From positions 64,001-128,000 of the forward strand of contig JBBRLQ010000020.1 in the NCBI GenBank assembly GCA_038231275.1: DNA of 64,000 nucleotides. Direction: 5' to 3'. Below, piece after piece: positions 61,126 to 64,000 of this stretch; position 1 is the stretch's first letter; every line of letters begins with the position of its first letter. The translations under genes were made by a program, and so were the position numbers. The stretch is from Polyangiales bacterium (GTDB lineage Bacteria > Myxococcota_A > Polyangia > Polyangiales > Polyangiaceae). The notes beneath the pieces are model-generated. The model was not told the DNA's origin and did no database searches. It saw only the letters and a program-made list of their open reading frames with translations.

Positions 61126-61206
61126 CGTCGGCCGCCGCGTTGGCTCTGCGATGACGAACCCGGCCGGCCACCCGATTCGCCCGTCGCCAGCCTCCCTCAC
61201 CCGCCC

Positions 61207-61575
61207 TCACCCCATGGCGTAGAAGAACTCCTCGCGCACGATCTTGTCGTTCTCGACGGTGAAGAGCGCGGCCTCCTCCATCTGGAAGCGGCGGCTGCTC
61301 GGCTTGTTCGTCACGTCGTAGGAGAAGCGCACGATGAACTTGTTGCCGTGCGGCCACGGGCCATCGACCTTCGCGCTGTGAATCTCGTGCTCGCTCATCC
61401 ACTGCTTGCCCTTCTCGGCCACGCCCTTGAGTCCGCGTGTCTCTGCCGACTTGCCGGGAGGCGCGCCGGCTTCCACGCTGACGACGTCCGGCGAGAACAA
61501 GGTCTCAAGTGCGACGTGGTTTTGGTGGGTCTGGCACAGCTCGACGTACTTCTTCGCGATCTCGATCGTGGTCAT
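61207..61575 (-). CDS. SnoaL/NTF2-like protein
   Basis: LFSPDVVSVEA, FIVRF, MEEAALFTVENDKIVREEFFY. Confidence 0.88.
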   Translation of the reverse strand: MTTIEIAKKYVELCQTHQNHVALETLFSPDVVSVEAGAPPGKSAETRGLKGVAEKGKQWMSEHEIHSAKVDGPWPHGNKFIVRFSYDVTNKPSSRRFQMEEAALFTVENDKIVREEFFYAMG

Positions 61576-61729
61576 GAGAGGCCTCCTTGGCTTGAACCGG
61601 CTCAACCTGGCCGTGCGGCCTTCGAACGTCAACCCACCGGGAGGACCGGCGCGTACGCATCCTGACAGGCGTGTGTCAGCGTATCGCCCGCGCACCTCTG
61701 GGTTTCGGCCCGTGGTAGAACCGCTCGCC

Positions 61730-62020
61730 ATGAACGATCTCACCGGCCGACGCGCGTTCGTCGCCACCTCGCTCGTTACCGGCTTCGCGCTCGCCGTGAC
61801 GCCGATCAGCGCGGACGGCGCGGACTCGGGCATCCCGGCCGCGCACGTCGACATGATGAAGGCGGAGCTCGCGGCGGCGAACAATCCGTCCGAGATCGTC
61901 CTCTATCCGGACACGCCGCACGGGTTCAACGCCGATTATCGGCCGTCGTACCGCAAGGCCGCGGCCGACGACGCGTGGAAGCGCATGCGCGACTGGTTCG
62001 CGAAGAACGGCGCAACGTGA
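61730..62020 (+). pseudogene. dienelactone hydrolase (YghX-like) with large in-frame internal deletion
   Basis: RRAF leader fused directly to GADSGIP...YPDTPHGFNADYRPSY; GxCxG nucleophile region absent. Confidence 0.8.
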
Positions 62021-62655
62021 TCGAAGCGGGCGCGCTCCTCTTCGACATGGACGGCCTCATGGTCGACAGCGAGCCGCTGTGGTTCGAGGTCGAGAAGGAC
62101 TTCGCGCGCGCGCGCGGCGGCGACTGGACCGACGCGCTCGGCGACGCGTGCGTCGGCAAGGGGCTCCTCAACACGATCCGCGTGATGGGCGAGGTGTTCC
62201 ACTTCGAGGTCCACGAGACGGCGATGCTCGACGAGATCATCGACGCGTTCATCGCGCGCGCCGCCGAGCTGCGCCTCAAGCCCGGGTGTGCAGAGCTGCT
62301 CGACGCGATGCACGGGCGCGTGCCCGCCGCATGCGCGTCGTCGTCGCACAAGCGCCTCGTCGAGAAGGTCCTCACGCAGACGGGCATCGCGCGCTACTTC
62401 GACGCGGTAGTCACCGGCGACGCGGTCGCGAATCCGAAGCCCGCGCCCGATGTCTTCCTCGCCGCGGCCGCCCGGCTCGGCGTCGTTCCCGCGCGCTGCG
62501 TCGTGCTCGAGGACTCGATGGCCGGCGTCACCGCGGGCCGCGCCGCTGGGATGCGCGTCATCGCAGTGCCCGAGCACGATCCCGCAGCGTTCGTCGCGAT
62601 GGCGGACGTCGTCGTGAAGGATCTCTTCGAGGCGCGCGCGCAGCTCGGGCTCTGA
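62017..62655 (+). CDS. HAD-IA phosphatase
   Basis: FDMDGLMVDSE, ASSS, KPAPD, LEDS..G. Confidence 0.93.
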   Translation: MIEAGALLFDMDGLMVDSEPLWFEVEKDFARARGGDWTDALGDACVGKGLLNTIRVMGEVFHFEVHETAMLDEIIDAFIARAAELRLKPGCAELLDAMHGRVPAACASSSHKRLVEKVLTQTGIARYFDAVVTGDAVANPKPAPDVFLAAAARLGVVPARCVVLEDSMAGVTAGRAAGMRVIAVPEHDPAAFVAMADVVVKDLFEARAQLGL

Positions 62656-62695
62656 GTGGAGCGAAGCGCAGCGGAGCGAAACGACTCCTGACGGA
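62654..62695. repeat. REP-like intergenic element, copy 2
   Basis: GAGTGGAGCGAAGCGCAGCGGAGCGAAACGACTCCTGACGGA. Confidence 0.85.
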
Positions 62696-62743
62696 GAGGC
62701 GTGACCGGCTTTTCCGGTCACGCCTTGAACGCCGCGCCGGGCG

Positions 62744-63463
62744 TCACTTCGTGCAGAGGCGAATGTGGCCGCCCGGCACCCGATAGTCCGGCACCGCGAC
62801 CTCGGCGCACGTGAGGCCGGTCTGGCAGAGAAACAGGTTGTCGCAGAGCTCCCCTTCCTTGCTCAGATAGGGGACGGGCTCCGTCGGCCCCGGATCGCCA
62901 CTGACGAACCAAAGGTCCGAGCCGCTGAAGGTGTGGAACCGCCGCGGGCTGACCTCGAAGTCGATCCGCACGTCGAGGATGTTCTCGTTCATGTGGAGGT
63001 ACACGCCGCGAACGCTCGACGGCGTGGTGTCGGTCCCCGAAACCAGGCCACCAACACTCGCCGAGTAGAACGTGTAGGTGCCGAAACCCTTGCCGGTGAG
63101 GTCCCGCGCGAAGCCGCCATTGCCGTCGGGGTTCAAACCGAACCAGTGGCCGTCTTCGAGAAATTCGATGCCCTCGTGCGCCGTGAATGCGAACGGGGAC
63201 TCCTTGAAAAAATTGCACGTGAACCACTGGCCAACGAGCGCGCGAGAGAAGGCGGCCGCCGTCTCCGGCTGCTCCGCTTGCCCGTGGCCGCCCCCGCACC
63301 GTGCGGCGACGTCGACAGGCCCACCGGGACCTCCGCCCGACGCGCCGCTCGACGCGCCACCGGATGATCCGGACGCCCCTCCGCTGCTCGTGCCCGCTTT
63401 GCCGCCGCACCCCCACACGACCACGACCACCGCCGCGACGGAGACCAGCGCCCCGGGCCGCAC
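62744..63463 (-). CDS. lipoprotein, hypothetical
   Basis: VWGC lipobox; Gly/Ser linker; Cys-rich tail. Confidence 0.7.
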   Translation of the reverse strand: MRPGALVSVAAVVVVVWGCGGKAGTSSGGASGSSGGASSGASGGGPGGPVDVAARCGGGHGQAEQPETAAAFSRALVGQWFTCNFFKESPFAFTAHEGIEFLEDGHWFGLNPDGNGGFARDLTGKGFGTYTFYSASVGGLVSGTDTTPSSVRGVYLHMNENILDVRIDFEVSPRRFHTFSGSDLWFVSGDPGPTEPVPYLSKEGELCDNLFLCQTGLTCAEVAVPDYRVPGGHIRLCTK

Positions 63464-63467
63464 GGAC

Positions 63468-64000
63468 CTACGCCGGCCCCTTCACCGTGCAGAAGCCGCC
63501 GATGCAGCGCGTGCCCAGGGCAGCGTCGCAGCAGTCGCCGTCGCCCGTGCATTTCTCCGATGTCTGCGAGCAGCCCGCTTGCGGCGGCTGGCACACCTTC
63601 GGCGATTTGGGATCGTTCGGATCCTGCGGGCGGCAGAAGCCGTTGCAGCACTCGTCGCCGGTGTCGCACGTCGCGCCGTTCGCGCGGCACGGCTCGAGCG
63701 CCCACGCGCCGCGCTCGTTCTTCGTGTCGGACTGGTTCGGCAGGTAGAACGGCGGGTGGCTGGGATCGACGCCGGCGCCCGCGGTCGTCGAGATCGCGGC
63801 GACCCACAGCTGCTTCCGCGCGTTCGCGCCCTGGTAGACGTTGCCGTACTCGCGGATGCTCGTGAACACGATCCAGAAATAACCGCCGGCGGTCACCGGG
63901 AGCGGGAACGGCTCGTAGTTGCGCTCGGCGTCGATCGCCGCGTTGCCCGCGTTGAGGATCGCGAGCGGAAGGTGCTCCTTCGTCCCCGCCTTGATCATCG
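63468..64000 (-). CDS. C-terminal part of TolB-like propeller/Cys-rich secreted protein (truncated by window edge)
   Basis: WIVFTSIREYGN, KQLWVAAI, DPSHPPFYLPNQ, C-CC-C knottin-like repeats. Confidence 0.8.
   Translation of the reverse strand, partial: MIKAGTKEHLPLAILNAGNAAIDAERNYEPFPLPVTAGGYFWIVFTSIREYGNVYQGANARKQLWVAAISTTAGAGVDPSHPPFYLPNQSDTKNERGAWALEPCRANGATCDTGDECCNGFCRPQDPNDPKSPKVCQPPQAGCSQTSEKCTGDGDCCDAALGTRCIGGFCTVKGPA

Overview
This is a very GC-rich window with a myxobacterial (Polyangiaceae/Labilithrix-like) gene repertoire: Cys-rich lipoproteins, a MYXO-CTERM protein, an AgmX-like lipoprotein and a TonB-fused receptor. Recognisable blocks are two acyl-CoA dehydrogenases, a TetR-regulated RND efflux operon (permease frameshifted), a PAS hybrid kinase, mscS, gpsA, a boxB/boxC/boxR/boxD benzoyl-CoA cluster, a GGDEF/HEAT/HD-GYP cluster and a TonB-dependent uptake pair. 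The most unusual element is a tightly coupled operon (23396-36103) of three divergent ClpA/B-type double-AAA+ ATPases plus a SWIM-SNF2 ATPase. Two of the Clp-like proteins end in what reads as a GGQ-less class-I release factor (RF2-like) module, and one also ends in a ribosomal bL12 C-terminal-like motif. This suggests a ribosome-directed unfoldase or quality-control system. A second candidate is a lipoprotein with heme-thiolate peroxygenase/caleosin-like motifs (14840-15961). No rRNA, tRNA, CRISPR array or transposase was recognised. All domain calls are by-eye motif recognition; no searches were run.
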